Position numbers and translations under genes: made by a program
Part shown: positions 10,608-25,234 of the stretch, piece after piece
How the letters are laid out: each line of letters starts with the position of its first letter
How positions within the stretch are numbered: the first letter of the stretch is position 1
Notes under the pieces: generated by a model
Database searches by the model: none
What the model saw: only the letters and a program-made list of their open reading frames with translations
What the model was told of the DNA's origin: nothing
From: Dictyostelium discoideum
Taxonomy: Eukaryota
Assembly: GCA_000004695.1 (NCBI GenBank)
Contig: CM000153.2
Span: 2,272,001-2,336,000, forward strand
Direction: 5' to 3'
Length of the DNA: 64,000 bases

Positions 10608-12845
10608 TTATAATTGTAAATCTTCATCAAAGTAGTCATTTTTTTTCTTTTTTAAACCCCCATTATTATTATTATTATTACTATTGAGTAGAGGAGAAAT
10701 TTGTTGTTGATGTATACTAAAAATCTCACTGTCACTCTCGCCACCACTACTTACATTTCCACTACTAACATTTAGAGCTGTACCACCACTACCACTATCA
10801 TTGATAACACCAATATTTCTTTCATCCAAAGTGATGTAGTTTTTAGGTTTATTGATTTTATTTTTAAATTTATAAAAACATGAGCAACATATTCCCTTTC
10901 CTTCTTTTCTCTTTTTACCAATCCTTCTAGTAAAGAATGCAAATATACAAATTGAACTTGTTATAAATAAACCAAGTACAATAAATGTCAATGCTTTCTT
11001 TTTGTCAAATACTATTCAAAAAGTATTTTACATTATAAAAAAAAAAAAAAAAAAAAAAAATTAGTATTTTAGAAAAAAAAAAAAAAAAAAAAAAAAAATG
11101 AAAATTATTAAATTAAAATACATACCAACATTACAATCATTTCCACCATATCCATCTTTACAAAGGTTACAATTTTGGCCATACCAACCAGTGGTAGGAT
11201 TACAAACACAAGAACCAAATTCATCACACTTACCATGATTACTACAAGTATATGAAGCAAGACAAAAACTTGAACAATTACCAACAGGATAATAATCTTG
11301 TAAACATTTACAACCTACATCCTTTAAGCAACCCATATTAGCCCCACATAGATCTGGACACATTGAATCAATACCTCTAATTATAAATGATTCTCCTAAT
11401 GATTCATTTTCATTTGAACTACTATTATCACTGCTTATACTATTACTACTACCACGACTACTACTACTACTACTACTATCACTATCACCACTACTAATAT
11501 TTATATTACTATTGATAATACTATTACTATTATAATCTATAAAAGATAGTAAAATTGAATTTTCACCAACTGCTATCTTACAAAAATTAATTGAATTTGT
11601 ATTATTTTTATTATTATTATTACTACTATTATTAATTAAAGGTAAATTAAATGATAAAACTGATATATTTTGATCATAAAGTAATATTTTATCATTTCTA
11701 CAAAAATAGATTGAATTTGAATGAGTGATTGCAAAATCTAATAAAAGTGAATATTCACCATTGATATACCATCTTAAACTATATGGATTTAAAACGTAAA
11801 TACCTGAATAAGATAACCAAAATCCATTGAAATAATAATTGAACATGAAAACTATACCAATTGATTTAGCTGATGAATTTGCTGAAATCGATGGTGACGA
11901 ACCTACTTTAGCATTGAATATATTTGCACAATTTACACCAGATAATAAAATTTTTGAAAGCTCTACTGAGCCTGTCTTTGGATCATATGTATCAATTGTA
12001 ACTTTAGCATTATTACATGATAAAGTATTCATATGTTTTGAATAGGTATTAAAACTATTAAATACTAATGGTGAGATTTGATTAATTGTATTATTTTTTA
12101 AAGAGAATTGAAATTTAATTGAAACCATATTATCACCATCACTACTATCACTATCACTACTATCACCACCACTACTGTTATTTTCAATAGTTGGTGGTAC
12201 TATTAATGATACTAAACCATTATTAAAGTTTACATATAATAATGTATCAATTCTAGAATAGGTGATTGGATAACCTAATATAATTTCATCATTACTAATT
12301 TCATCTTGTTTAGTTGTTTTATGTTGGTAATTTGTAATATTATTTGGTAATTGATTAACTAAAACTTTAATTTCATCATTATCATTATATGGACTAACCG
12401 TTATTAAATTACTATTACTATTATTATTATTATTATTATCACAAATTGAATAAAAATTATAAATTTTTGAAAAATAATTATTTGATTTACAATTATTAAA
12501 TGAATTTGAAGTTGAATTCCATAGTAATGTACCACTTGAAGTATCTATTAAATAAAATTTTGAAAATTCTTTAATGTAAATTAAAGTTGGTGGTTTTTTA
12601 ATATTTGAATTAATTGTTGAGTTGTTTATTGATGATGCTGTAATTATATTTGCATTTATAATTTTTATTGAACATTTATAATTATAATTATCAAAATCAT
12701 TAAAAGTGAATGACCAATCAATCTGTTGACCTTTAAATTTATATTTAACAAGTTTTAATTTATTATCACTATTATCACTATTTAATACTATATATGATTG
12801 ATCTTTTAATAAAATTGGATTAAATTTTAATATTGGTGGTTTACA

Positions 12846-12888
<43 letters not shown>

Positions 12889-13067
12889 TTATTTGTAGAA
12901 TTTGAATTTAACCAATCGATTTCATTTGTAATTGGGCTACATTCACTATATGAGCTGAATTCACTATCATGAAAATTTGATAGCCATGGGTTATAATCAT
13001 TATAAACTTGACAATTATTTAAAATAAATGATATGAATATAATTATAGATATTAAATATAATTTCAT
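10608..13067 (-). CDS. Type I membrane protein with Asn/Ser-rich ectodomain and C-terminal EGF-like Cys-rich modules; join(complement(11126..13067),complement(10608..11012))
   Basis: Signal peptide MKLYLISIIIFISFILNNCQV. The EGF-like spacing is CPDLCGANMGCLKDVGCKCLQDYYPVGNCSSFCLASYTCSNHGKCDEFGSCVCNPTTGWYGQNCNLCKDGYGGNDCN. The donor is GTATGT (phase 1) and a 113-nt intron ends in AG at 11013-11014. Exon 2 encodes a TM helix (ALTFIVLGLFITSSICIFAFF) and a basic cytoplasmic tail, joining the two tool ORFs in phase. Confidence 0.65.
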
Positions 13068-13671
13068 ATTGAGAAGAAAAAAAGAAAAAAAAAATAAAAC
13101 AAAAAAAAAAAAAATCTATGTCTTTGTTTAACTTTGATTTTATTATTTTAACTATTATAACTTATTTGAATTATTATTATTATTTTTATTATTATTACTA
13201 TGATGCTTCATATCATACTGGGTAATTCAAATAAAAAATAAAAAATAAAAAATAAAAAATAAAAAAAATAAAAAATAAAATAAAAAAAAATAAAAAAATA
13301 AAAAAATAAAAAAATAAAAAATAAAAAAAAAAATATAACCAAAATAAAAAAAAAAAAAAAATATAACCAAAATCCCAAATTTGGCATTCAAAAATATCTT
13401 CTTTTTTTTTTGTTTATTATTTTTAACAATTATTTAATTTTATTTGTGTAGTTTATAAACTCAAAATTACACACAAAATGATAAAAATTAAATTATGTAT
13501 TTAGGTTAAAAAAAAATAAAAAAAAAAAGAAAAATAAAAAAAAAAGGTTTTGAATTTAATTTAATTTAAAATTAATTCTTTTTTTTTGTCAAACCTGTTT
13601 GAGAAAATTGAAAAATAATTGTTCTTAAAAAGGAATATTTTAAAAATATTAATTTTATTGAAATATTATTT

Positions 13672-15360
13672 TTAATCATTTACAAAAAGTTTGTTTCTTT
13701 TTTCTAATAGAATTCCAAAATCTTTTGGTTTTAAATAAACACTGAATTGGATAGTGTCATCTATTTTCTTCCCATCAATTGATTTAATTTTATATTTTAA
13801 AAGTGTATTTGCAATACAAAGAAAAACCTGATCCATTGCAACAAATCTACCAGGACATCCACGTTGACCAATACCAAAGTGTAAATCTGGTATTGGAATT
13901 GAATCATCCAAATATCTTGCTGGATTAAATTCTCTTGGATTTTTAAAAAATTCTTCATTTAAATGAATTGAAAAATAATTTATAAAAAGTATTGATCCCT
14001 TTGGAATGAAATAATTTGCGCAAATTTGATCATGTTTTGAAGTTTTTGGTAAACTCCAACCATTTGAAAATACTCTCATTGTTTCCTTTATAAATGCAAT
14101 TAAATATGGTATTGATTGTTTATCACATAAATTTATAAATAAATTATCAGTATCTGCACCACCACCACCATCATTTATTACATTGTTTCTCTTTATTTTA
14201 ATTGTATCTTGAATTTCATTACAAATAATCTCTTGTAAATCTTGACGATTGCATAATTGTAATAATACCCAATCAATTGTAGTTGCAACTGTACCAATAT
14301 CAGTACTCATAACGTCAAAACAAATTTGATTAATTTGAATTCTATCTTGATTTGAAATTTCATTTAAACTACCATATTCAATTAATAAATCATCCATAAT
14401 ATCTCTTGATTGGTGATCACCCATTTTTGAATCCATTGAATTTAAATGATTTGTTAATTGTTTATCAATTGTTTTCTTTAAAATTTCAATTGGTCTTAAT
14501 CTAAATTTAAAAAATAAATCATAAAATGGTGATAAAATTCCAAAACAATCAAATACAGTCAAGTGTGAATTTTTTGTGAAAACCATTCCTACTGCAGTTC
14601 CAATTTCTTTTAAAAATTTATTATCAATTGAAATATCTTCATTAAACATATATTTAAAAAATATTGAACTTGTAAATCCTTGAGAGTATTGTTTTGGGTA
14701 AAACTTTTTATAAAAAAAAAAAATAAATAAATAAATAATCTTCAAACTATTAAAATAAAATATATATACATACAACTTGATTTGAATTTGAAAATTTTTC
14801 AATAGAATTAACAAATTCAATAGACTTTTTCTCAATTAAATATTTCTTGCCATGAATTTTTAAAGATTTTAAAAAAGTTGTTTTTGCTCTCTTCCATTTT
14901 TCATCATTTGAACTCATAATACCACCTCCATTACTTGACATGTATCTCCAAGTAGGAACAAATGTTGAGGGTCTATCAAAGAAATTCTCCTCCTTTTGAA
15001 AACATTTTACAATTTCATAATTTGAAACATATAAAATGAAAATATCACCAAACCATATTCTTGTAATACCATCATATTTACGAGAATATCTTTCAATCAT
15101 TGAATGTTCTTTAATATTTAAAATTTGATAAAAAAAATATTGAATAATATTACCAAGAATTGGGAATGCAAATGGTCCACATGGAGATTTTGAATTTACT
15201 TTTTTATTTTTTTTTATCTTTTTTTTTTTTTTTTTTTTTTTAATTAATATCCCTTTAATTTAAATTTTTTTTTAAAAAAAAATATATTAAAAGTAAAACT
15301 TACTGTATCTTTTACCAAAAAAACTATAATTATTAAAATAATAATAATTAATATTCGCAT
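13672..15360 (-). CDS. Cytochrome P450 monooxygenase; join(complement(15304..15360),complement(14774..15217),complement(13672..14703))
   Basis: The heme-binding signature FGIGQRGCPGRFVAMD is present, and the N-terminal anchor MRILIIIILIIIVFLVKDT precedes the Pro-rich hinge SPCGPFAFPILGN. Intron 1 begins GTAAGT (complement 15298-15303) and ends in a poly(A) tract plus AG (86 nt). Intron 2 begins GTATGT (complement 14768-14773) and its acceptor AG at 14704-14705 puts FYPKQ in phase. The CYP family cannot be assigned by eye. Confidence 0.8.
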
Positions 15361-15652
15361 TTTTTATTGTTATAACTATATAAAAATAATAAAAAAAAAA
15401 AAACTACTACTAATATTTTTTTATTGTATTATTATAAGTGGTTTAAAACAAAAAAAATGGACAATATCAAGTAAACAAAAAACCTTTTTAATATAACCAC
15501 TCGAAAAAAAAAAAAGAAACCACCTTTTTTTAAAAAAAAAATATTTAAATTAAAAAAATTAAATTAATAAAATAATATTTTATAAAATAAATCTTTAAAT
15601 ACGCATGAAAGAAAGAAATTAACACTAAAATTTTTTTTTTTTTTTTTTTTAT

Positions 15653-17297
15653 TTAAATTAAAATTGAAGTTCTATATTCATATCTTCTTTTTGATTCACT
15701 AACTAAACTCCAATTACCATCTTTAGCATAAACATGAGGACGACCAATTGGTTTCATTTTAAAGAAATGTAACATTACACTTTGAATCATTTGAACACTA
15801 TTACCCAATAATTCTTGAAAGACAGGATTATTATTATTACTTGTGCTAATACCAAAAGAAGAGGATAATGAAGATTGTTGTGGTTGAAAATATTTTAATT
15901 GATTAATTGATTTTGTGATTGTTTCTTTCAATAGTTTTTTCTCATTTTTGTAATTCACTCTTTTAGCAGTGGACGAGTCATCAGAATAAACCTCTATTAA
16001 AAGTGGTATTTGTATATCCAACGCACAAATTAAAATATCAGTGAATTCCAAAATCAATTTACGTAACACATCCAAATCGATTGGAGCTACATTCGACTTC
16101 AAAACCAATAACAACTTTTCAATTTGCTTTCTTTTCTCTGCCCTGAAATCACTATGGTTCGAAAGTTTCCATGATTCAGGTGTTAGATAAACCATTGGTG
16201 TAGCCACTAAACAACATGTAAAATATGATAACATAACTTTGTAAAGAATTTTAACTTTAAATTGGACATCTGGTATATTTTTAAATTCCATGATTTTAAA
16301 TGATTCTGGATCCGCTTCAAACGAAGTTACCCTTAGAATTGCAGAATTATTATCAACCCATCTTGAGATTTTCTCTCTAAAATATTGATATCTCATCTTT
16401 AACAAATTCAATATATCAATTAACATTTGTGATTTCTTTTCTAATGAATCAATATGACTTGTAATCTCTCTATCAGAAAATGATAATAATTTATCCAAAT
16501 CTAATATAATCGCATCTAATAATGTTGTTGAAGAATTTATTGGTTCATAAACTATAGTTACTTTTTTATCATTATTATTTAATCCTGTTGATCCTATTTT
16601 TGCTTGTTGTTGTTGCTGTTTACTATACATTGGTGGACTATTATTTAATTTTTGTTGAATTTCACTTTCACTCTCCATAATTGTAATTTTCTCTAAAAGG
16701 TTAATTGAACCTCTATAAGTTTTTTTCTTTTTTAATCTTTTTAATACATTCAATATACCATATTTTTTATCATTATTATTAGATGATGATGATGATGATG
16801 ATGAGGATGATGACGAAGATGGTGATTTATCATCAAAACTACTATCTTTTTCAGTTTTTTCTAAAATTGATTGATAAATTTTAAAATTTTTATTATACCA
16901 AGATTTCTCTAAACATGCTAATTCACTTAAAAAAGTCCATGCTAATTTACTTGATTGATAAATCGATTCACACATTCTTTCTAAAATCTCTGTAGATTCA
17001 TCGCCACCAATTTGTAAAACCCCACCAATATCTAAACCACCTCTCATCGTTGGTATTCTATTTAAAACTTCACCCAATGTATTAAAATAAGATTTAAATG
17101 ATTGATAGAAAATAGTTGTACATTGATATATCTTTTGAATTGATACTGTTAAATTCTTTAAATCTGATTTCATTGCTTTCAATTTATCATTATTTGTTAA
17201 ATTATTATTAACGATAATTTGTGCACTTGATAATGATGATGATGTTATTGATACTGGTGTTGTTGTTGTTATCAATGATGACAATGATGATGATGAA

Positions 17298-17340
<43 letters not shown>

Positions 17341-17871
17341 GTACAGAAGTAGTTTTATTATTATTTATTACAGTATTATTGGTTTCAACCAAAGATTTTT
17401 TACGTAATTCTTCTAATTGATTTAATTTAAATTGTAATTCTCTTTCAAGATCTTTTTGACTTGTAACATTGTTAGTTCTCATTTGAGTGTCTTTAATCTT
17501 TGTTTTTAATTGATTTATTGATTTCTCTAATTCCATAATTTTTATATTTGATTTTGATAGATTCTTTAGATTTTGTGGTTTATAATCTTCAACATGTTCC
17601 ATAAATCTTGTGATAATATTATAGGAATCTTGAATTTGATTCGGTACTTGTGCCATTATTAAATCATTTTGTTTATTTATAGTTTCCAATTCTGTAATTA
17701 ATTTATTAATATAATTTATTCTTTCAATCTTTTTAATTGTTGGTGATGTTGACTAAAAAAAAAAATAAAAAAAATAAAATAATAATATTATATAATTAAT
17801 TAATTAGGTTTTTATTTTTATTTTTTTTTTTTTGTTTTTTTTTTTTGTTTTTTTTTTTTGAGAATTACCAT
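15653..17871 (-). CDS. Hypothetical coiled-coil protein with poly-Ser tracts; proposed join(complement(17869..17871),complement(15653..17752))
   Basis: The ORF track's M is a TTG. The frame is open 22 codons further 5' to a TAG that forms a tttttttttAG acceptor (17753-17754). 116 nt upstream there is an ATG immediately followed by GTAATT (complement 17863-17868), so exon 1 is the start codon only. The alternative is a start at the internal ATG at 17654-17656 (MAQVPNQ...). No homology recognised. Confidence 0.5.
17280..17345 (-). repeat. (GAT)n trinucleotide repeat encoding a poly-Ser run inside the preceding gene
   Basis: About 20 uninterrupted gat units on the + strand. The - strand reads atc, giving SSSSSSSSSS in the protein. 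Confidence 0.7.
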
Positions 17872-18028
17872 AATGTAAAAAAAAAAAAATTTATAAAATA
17901 AAAATAAAAAGAAAAACTAATTTAAGGGAAAGAAGGAAGGAAGAATTCTTATTCCTTTATATGTATAAAATTTTTTGTTGAAGGATAAATATGAAAAAAA
18001 AAAAAAAAAAATAAAAAAAAAATTAAAA

Positions 18029-18061
<33 letters not shown>

Positions 18062-18186
18062 AAAAAACAAAAATAAAAAAAAAAAAAAAAAAAAAAATCC
18101 TCCCTATACCAGGATTTATGTTTTTTTCTTACTTTTTATTATAAAAGGAATAAAAAAAATAATTATAAAGATTCATGTATTAGATG

Positions 18187-18221
<35 letters not shown>

Positions 18222-18741
18222 CTTTTGGGTTTTTATTTGTTATTTATTTTATTATTATTATTTTTTTTATTTTATTTTTTTTTTTTTCTTTTCTAAACAA
18301 ATAGACTGGCTATTGGTCTGTGTTTTTTTTATTTTTATTTTTTTTTTTTTTTTTTTTTCATATATAAGTAAATAATTAACATTAAAAAAAAAAATAAAAA
18401 ATTAATACCACACACAGGCATAAAAAATCAATTTTGCATTATTTACGGGACACGCTTCTGAATGTTTGCAGGTAAAGAATAATGTTCTTTTTTTTTCAAA
18501 TGTTTCGTGTTGATTAGTTCTTAAAAAACGTTGTTTGGGTGTTACTTAATTTTTTTTATAAAATTTTATTTTTTTATTTTTTTAAAAAAAAAAAAATCAT
18601 TTTTTTTTTATTTTTTTTTTTTATTTTTTTTATTTAACGAAAATTACACAACACAACATACTCACATTATTCACACATATAAGATAAAATTTTATTTTAT
18701 TTATTGCTATAATTAATAATTAAGACAATAATTAAATAAAT

Positions 18742-18780
<39 letters not shown>

Positions 18781-19090
18781 AATCATAAGATTTTTTTTAT
18801 TTTATTTTTTTTTTTTTTTTAAAATTATTTTTTTTTGTGTGTATTGTGTGAGTTGTTGCTTTTTTTTTATTTATTTTTTTCTTTGTTTGTTGATTGGTTG
18901 TTTTTTCAAACATTGATATTTATAAATCAAAAGAAATCAAAAAAAAAAAAAAAAAAAAATAAAAAAAAAATAAAAAAAAAAAAAAAAAAAAAAAAGGGGC
19001 AAAATCCAAAAATACACAATTGTGGTTGCACAACAAAATAATAAGTAGTGGTATTAGTAGCAAAAAAGGAAACTAAAAATCGTTACCACC

Positions 19091-19139
<49 letters not shown>

Positions 19140-19953
19140 AAAATATGGTGTGTTGTAATTATTATTTTCACCCATTTACAGAGATTTTTTATTTTCAAAA
19201 ATAAAATAAAAAATAAAATAAAATAAAATAAAAAATACACCACACACACCAATTAAATTAGTTTAACATTAACAATAAAAACAACAACCAATAATAAAAT
19301 TAATCATAATGACAATTATTTAACCTTCTCGAAATAGAATGATTGAGAGTTACAACAAAAAATTAACAACGCAACATTGAAAAAAAAAAAAAAAAAAAAG
19401 AATATATTGACAAAAAAATTAAATCATCTAGAATTATTTTTATTTTTTTAATATATTTTTTTTTTTTTTTACACTATTTTTATTTTTATTTTTTTATTTT
19501 TTTTTTAAAAAAATTAATTTAAACTTTTTAATAAAAACATTAGTATATTCATAAATAAATTAAAAATAAAAAAATAAAAAGCAATATTTTTTTTTATTTT
19601 TTTACTTTAATTAAAAAAAAATAATAATAAATAACTAAAAAAACCAAAAAAAGTAATATTCAATTTACACATTCAAACCTCGAGATATAAATTGTATTAC
19701 CACAATATATTTTATCTACAAAATAAATTTTTAAAAAAAAACAAAAAACAAAAAACAAAAAAAAAAAAAAAAAAAATAAAAAAAAAAAGAAATAGTAAAA
19801 AATAAAATAAAATACTAATTATTCCAATTTTAGAAACACTATAATTTTTTTCTTTTTTAATAATATAAAAAATTTGTAACATAAATATAAAATAAGATTC
19901 AAATATAAAAAAAAAAAACAATTTTTAGTAAAAGGTGAAAATTAAGAGAAACA

Positions 19954-20162
19954 ATGGGTTTTATAGCAGAAGGAAATACTTTAGCATGGGAAGATTCAGT
20001 TAAATATCTTGAATATATTAGAGAACATGGTGTAATTCAATTATTAAATATTATTAAAAATAATAAAGATAAAGTTACTGAAGATTTTAAATGGGGTGAC
20101 GAAGTAAGTTTTTTTTTTTTTTTTTCAATGGAATATTTTTTTTTTTAAAAAATTCCTTTTTT

Positions 20163-20196
<34 letters not shown>

Positions 20197-22131
20197 GTCG
20201 AATATATATTAATAAATAATGATAATTATAAATTAAAATTAAGAGCAAATGAAATATTAGATTTATTAATGTTGGAGGAAAAGAGAAATCCAACAACAGT
20301 TGAACATTTATGGAGACCAGAGTATGGTAGATTTATGATAGAGGGTACACCAGGATCACCATATATTGGGTTGGGTAAACAATTATTAAGCATTCAAAGT
20401 AATTTAAAGAGTAGAAGAGAAAATGTTGAAAAGTATTTAAAGCCAAACGAATCTATATTGACCATTACTTCATACCCAAGAATGGGATGTAAAAATTTCA
20501 CAGATCCACAAGGTGAAGTTAAAGGACCAATAGCAGAATCTAAATTCTTACCAGACACAGTGATTAATCCACATTTTAGATTTAGTACATTAACAGCCAA
20601 CATTAGAAAACGTAGAGGTGGCACAGTTTCAATCAATATTCCAATGTATAGAGATAAGAACACTCCAGAATATTTAGACCAAATTTGCACCTATGAAAAA
20701 GTTCCACCAATCTTGGACGACAGTGACAATAGTCAAACTAATATTTCATCACCATCAAACCAACCATTCAATATCTACATGGATGCAATGGGATTTGGTA
20801 TGGGTTGTTGCTGTCTTCAAACTACTTTCCAATTACCAAACATTGATGATGCTAGAACAGTCTACGATCAATTAGCTCCAATCTCACCTCTAATGTTATC
20901 TCTTACTGCTGCCTCTTCAATCTTTAAAGGTTATTTATCCGATATTGATGCTCGTTGGACTATAATTTCACAATCTGTTGATGATCGTAATAAAGAAGAG
21001 TTAGGTAAAGCTGTAAGTATTATAATCATAATAATATATACACATATATAAAATGTACATTTTTATTAATAATTTATTTTATTTTATTTTAAATAGCCAT
21101 TAAATAATAATAAATTTGTAATTAATAAATCAAGATATGATTCAATTGATAGTTATATTGGCTCAAAGAGTAAATCATTTAGAAGTGAATATAACGATTT
21201 AGATTTAGTGTATGATAAAGATGTTTATCAAAAATTAATAGAGAATGGTGTAGATTCATTATTATCAAAACATTTTGCACATTTATTCATTCGTGATCCA
21301 TTGGTAATTTATTCAGATAAAATTGAAATCGATGATGAAAAGAATACAGATCACTTTGAGAATATTCAATCAACCAATTGGCAAACTGTTCGTTTCAAAC
21401 CACCACCACCATCAAGTTCAATCGGTTGGAGAGTTGAATTACGTCCAATGGAGGTACAATTAACTGATTTTCAAAATTCTGCTTTTGTAGTTTTCTCTGC
21501 TATTTTGGTAAAAGCAATTCAAGATTTGAAATTAAATTTCTATATTCCAATTACAAAAGTTGATGAAAATTTAAAAACTGCTCATAAAAGAGCTTCAGTT
21601 ATAAATGATAAATTTTATTTTAGAAAAAATATTTATAGTAAGTGTTAATTAATATTTAATTTATTTAATAATAATAATAATAATTTCATAATTATTAATT
21701 ATTTTTTTTATTTTTTTTTATTTTTTATTTTTTTTTTTATTCAATAACAAAAATTAGATAATACACCAAATGGTTCAATTGAAAATGAATATGAATTAAT
21801 GACAATTAATGAAATTTTCAATGGTAAAGGTGGTGATAATAAAGGTTTAATTGGTGTTATTAGAGATTATATTTCAACATTAGACTTTGATAATGAAACA
21901 ACCGAATTGGTTAATAAATATATTAAATTCATTTCAAAGAGAGCATCTGGTGAAATTAAATCAATCTCAACTTGGACAAGAGAATTTGTTCAAAATCATC
22001 CAGCCTACAATCATGATTCCATCGTAAATGATGAAATTCAAGCTGATTATCTTCAACGTTGTTTAGATATTTCAAATGGTACCATTTATGATAGTTCAAT
22101 TCAAGGCGATAAAGATGATTATTATTGTTAA
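19954..22131 (+). CDS. gcsA: Glutamate-cysteine ligase catalytic subunit (gamma-glutamylcysteine synthetase); join(19954..20103,20197..21012,21097..21637,21758..22131)
   Basis: All four tool ORFs align colinearly with human GCLC: MGFIAEGNTLAWED...KWGDE | VEYILI...WRPEYGRFMIEGTPGSPY... | ...SRYDSIDSYIGS...HFENIQSTNWQTVRFKPPPPSSSIGWRVELRPMEVQLTDFQNSAFVVF... | ...MTINEIFNGK...KFISKRASGEIKSISTWTREFVQNHPAYNHDS. Donors are GTAAGT at 20104, 21013 and 21638. Acceptor AGs are at 20195-20196, 21095-21096 and 21756-21757, and phases check against the ORF frames. The product is about 626 aa. Confidence 0.9.
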
Positions 22132-22407
22132 ATATTCTATTTTCTCCTATTCCTCAACTATATATATATTTGTGTGTATCTTCAATTTTAAATTAATTTT
22201 AAAAATATAATAATAATAAAATAATAATAATAATTAAAAAAAAAAAAGGTAAAAAATGGAAAATAAATTAAATCTCAATATAAAAATAATAATAAAATAA
22301 AAAATAAAAAAAATAAAAAAAATAAAACATTTATTTAATAAAATCAAAAAAAACAAATACACGCGAGTGGTTTTTTTTTTTATTTTTAGTCTTTGTTTTT
22401 ATTTTTT

Positions 22408-23991
22408 TTAATGACGGGAAGAAACGACTATATCGCTATTAAATCCTAAAAAGGCATATTTGACACTATCTGGCACTGATTCTTCAAGTAATGCACATTC
22501 CCCAATACTATATATACTCATTTTTTCAACTCCACATGGAATAATTTCTTTAACTAATGGATGATTAAATCCATGTGATAGTGTTAATTCTTTGACTGTA
22601 CTTGGGATTGATAATGGAATATTTATATTTTTATCTGAAAGTTCAAGTTTTTCAACACCTTCTGGAATCATACCTTTGGTAATGGTAAACTATATTTATT
22701 TGAAAATCTAAAATCTTTGATTGAATTTGGAAATGTGCCAATTTCTATTTTTCGAAAAGATCTAAATCCTCAACACTATGAGGAATAATACCAATTGGTA
22801 AATCATGACTAAAACCATGGGATAATTTAATCTTTCTAACAGAGTTTGGAATACTACCGATTAATAACACAGAGTTTTGAGAATTCATTTTATCAGCAGA
22901 AAGAGGTGTTTGGTCTTGATTTTCTTGATCTTTATTAGTTGGTGGTGCTGAGGTTTTGTTTGTACCGGTGGTTAATGATAAACAATATTTGAATACAGTC
23001 ATTAAGAATGTAAATGTATTTGGTATTATATTTGGAAAGAAAGGATAAATATATTTTGATGGTTTTGAAACGGCGGTTGTTGGTGGGACATATAATTCAA
23101 GTTTACCAGAAATCTGTAATTCCTCTAAACCATCTGGAATTATACCTGGAACATAAGAGTTTTGTGGTTGCATTGTAGAAAGATTCAATTCTTTTAAAGT
23201 ATTTGGTAATGATCCAATTGTTAATGCATTATGATTATAACCAATCATATATAATGACTCTACGGTATTTGTAATTATACCCGGTTCAATTTGAGTCATT
23301 ATGTTACGAAGATATAAGGTTTTAACAGATCTTGGAATAGAGCCAACTCTTAATACAATTTCTTTTGTACTTGTTTCAACCAATTTAACACCATCTTCAA
23401 TAATGCCTGGAGTTAATGGTAAATTAAAACCATCCCAGAAATGGACATCTTTAACGGTTGATGGTATTGATCCAACTGTCAATGATAACGGACCAACTGC
23501 ATTAAATTATAAAATTTTAACTGAAGAGCTAATCAAACCATTTGAAATTGGTTGATTAAATCCATTATGAAATTGAATTGAATTTATTTCAATTTGGTCA
23601 GGTATAGAACCTTTTACAAAAACATTTGGACCAATAATATATAATATAATTTTTCATAATTATTTGAAAATGAATCTCTTGATAATTGTTTATTAAATCC
23701 ATCCATTAAATATAAATCACTCATATCTGGTAATAATGTTTTACCATTTTTACCTTTAAAAAAACTAATCTCTTGATTAAATTCACCTAATAAACATAAA
23801 TTTCCCAATTTGATACCACGTTTACGAATGAAAATAAGTGGAATAGCCCTTTCAATTAATTTTTTATCTTCTCCAAGATCTCCTTAAGCAATTGAATTAC
23901 TTGTAACATCATACTTTCCTTCAACAATACTTGATAACTTTTCTTTATCAACCAAAGTAAAATCAATATTATTTATTTTTATTAATACCAT
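22408..23991 (-). pseudogene. Degenerate FNIP-repeat gene (frameshifts and in-frame stops)
   Basis: FNIP repeats (SHGFNHPLVKEIIPCGVEK, WDGFNLPLTPGIIEDG, LSHGFSHDLPIGIIPHSVEDL) are spread over three frames. The N-terminus starts at ATG 23989-23991 (MVLIKINNIDFTLVDKEKLSS...) and hits an in-frame TAA after 34 codons. A further in-frame TAA sits between repeats (VKIL*FNAVGPLS). One tatAG acceptor (about 22700) does rejoin two pieces, but others cannot be rescued by GT..AG introns. Confidence 0.55.
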
Positions 23992-24791
23992 GACTTTTAA
24001 TTATCTGTTTAATTAATATTTTATTTAAAAAAAAAAATTAAAATTGAATAAATAATCTGTAATATAATGGAAAAAAAAAAAAAAAAAATCAAATCCCGCC
24101 ATTCTTACCTTATTAAAATGATAAAATTCGAAAAATTTAAAATGATCTTGTAAAAATCTACTCTGCCTTGGTATGATGTGTAAATAAAATGAAAAAAAAA
24201 AAAAAAAAAAGCTTGGATTTAGTATGATAGATAAAATAATAATTTTAATTACCCAAATCAAATAATATTTGCTTTTTTTTATTTATTTTAGGTTATTTTT
24301 TTTTTTTTAGCAAAGTTGAAATGCAAAAAATTAATTTTGGTGTTATCAAAATCTGTTATTCCCCACATCAAATAATAATAATAATAATTATTTATTGTAC
24401 CATATAATCAATAATTGCATAGGTTCTAACTTATTAAAAACCAAAAAAAAAAAAAAAAAAAAAATAAACAAAAAAAAAAAAAAAAAATTAAACTAGATTC
24501 AAATCTAGATTTTTGTTGTTTTTACAAAATTATTTCATGCCATGACAAAGAATTAAATTTTTTTTTTTTTATTTTTTTTTTTATTTGTTTTTTAAAACAA
24601 AATAAAAAAAAAAAATAAATAATAAAAATTTAATTATATAAAAAATAAATAAATAAAATATTTAAAAAATTATATCATTGGTCTGATCGGGCTCTAACTG
24701 ATATTAACTTAATTAAGATATTATTTTATTTTTTTTTTTTTTTTTTAAAATTAAAATTTAATTAAAATAAAATTTTTTTTGATTTTTTTTT

Positions 24792-24833
<42 letters not shown>

Positions 24834-24972
24834 CCAAGTTAACACACCATCCATATTAATTAAAAAATTACACCCACACTAATTTTTTTTTGATTTTTAT
24901 TTTAATTATTATTTTTTAAATTTCAAAATTAAATCAGTATATAAACATATATATCATTATAAATACTTTTTG

Positions 24973-25015
<43 letters not shown>

Positions 25016-25200
25016 TTATCATTTGAACACTAATAATAATAACAACAATAATAATAATAATAATAATAATTAAAAAATTAAAATTAAAAAAAAAATAAAA
25101 AATAAAAATAATTAATAAAAATAATTACGAATAAAATAAAAAACATATTTATATATTTATATATCATAATTAAATAATTTTTTTTTTTTTTTTTAATTAA

Positions 25201-25234
<34 letters not shown>

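Noticed and set aside
20394-20875. ORFs 20394..20690 (-) and 20693..20875 (+) inside gcsA exon 2
   Set aside because: Out-of-frame or antisense ORFs within a strongly conserved coding exon.
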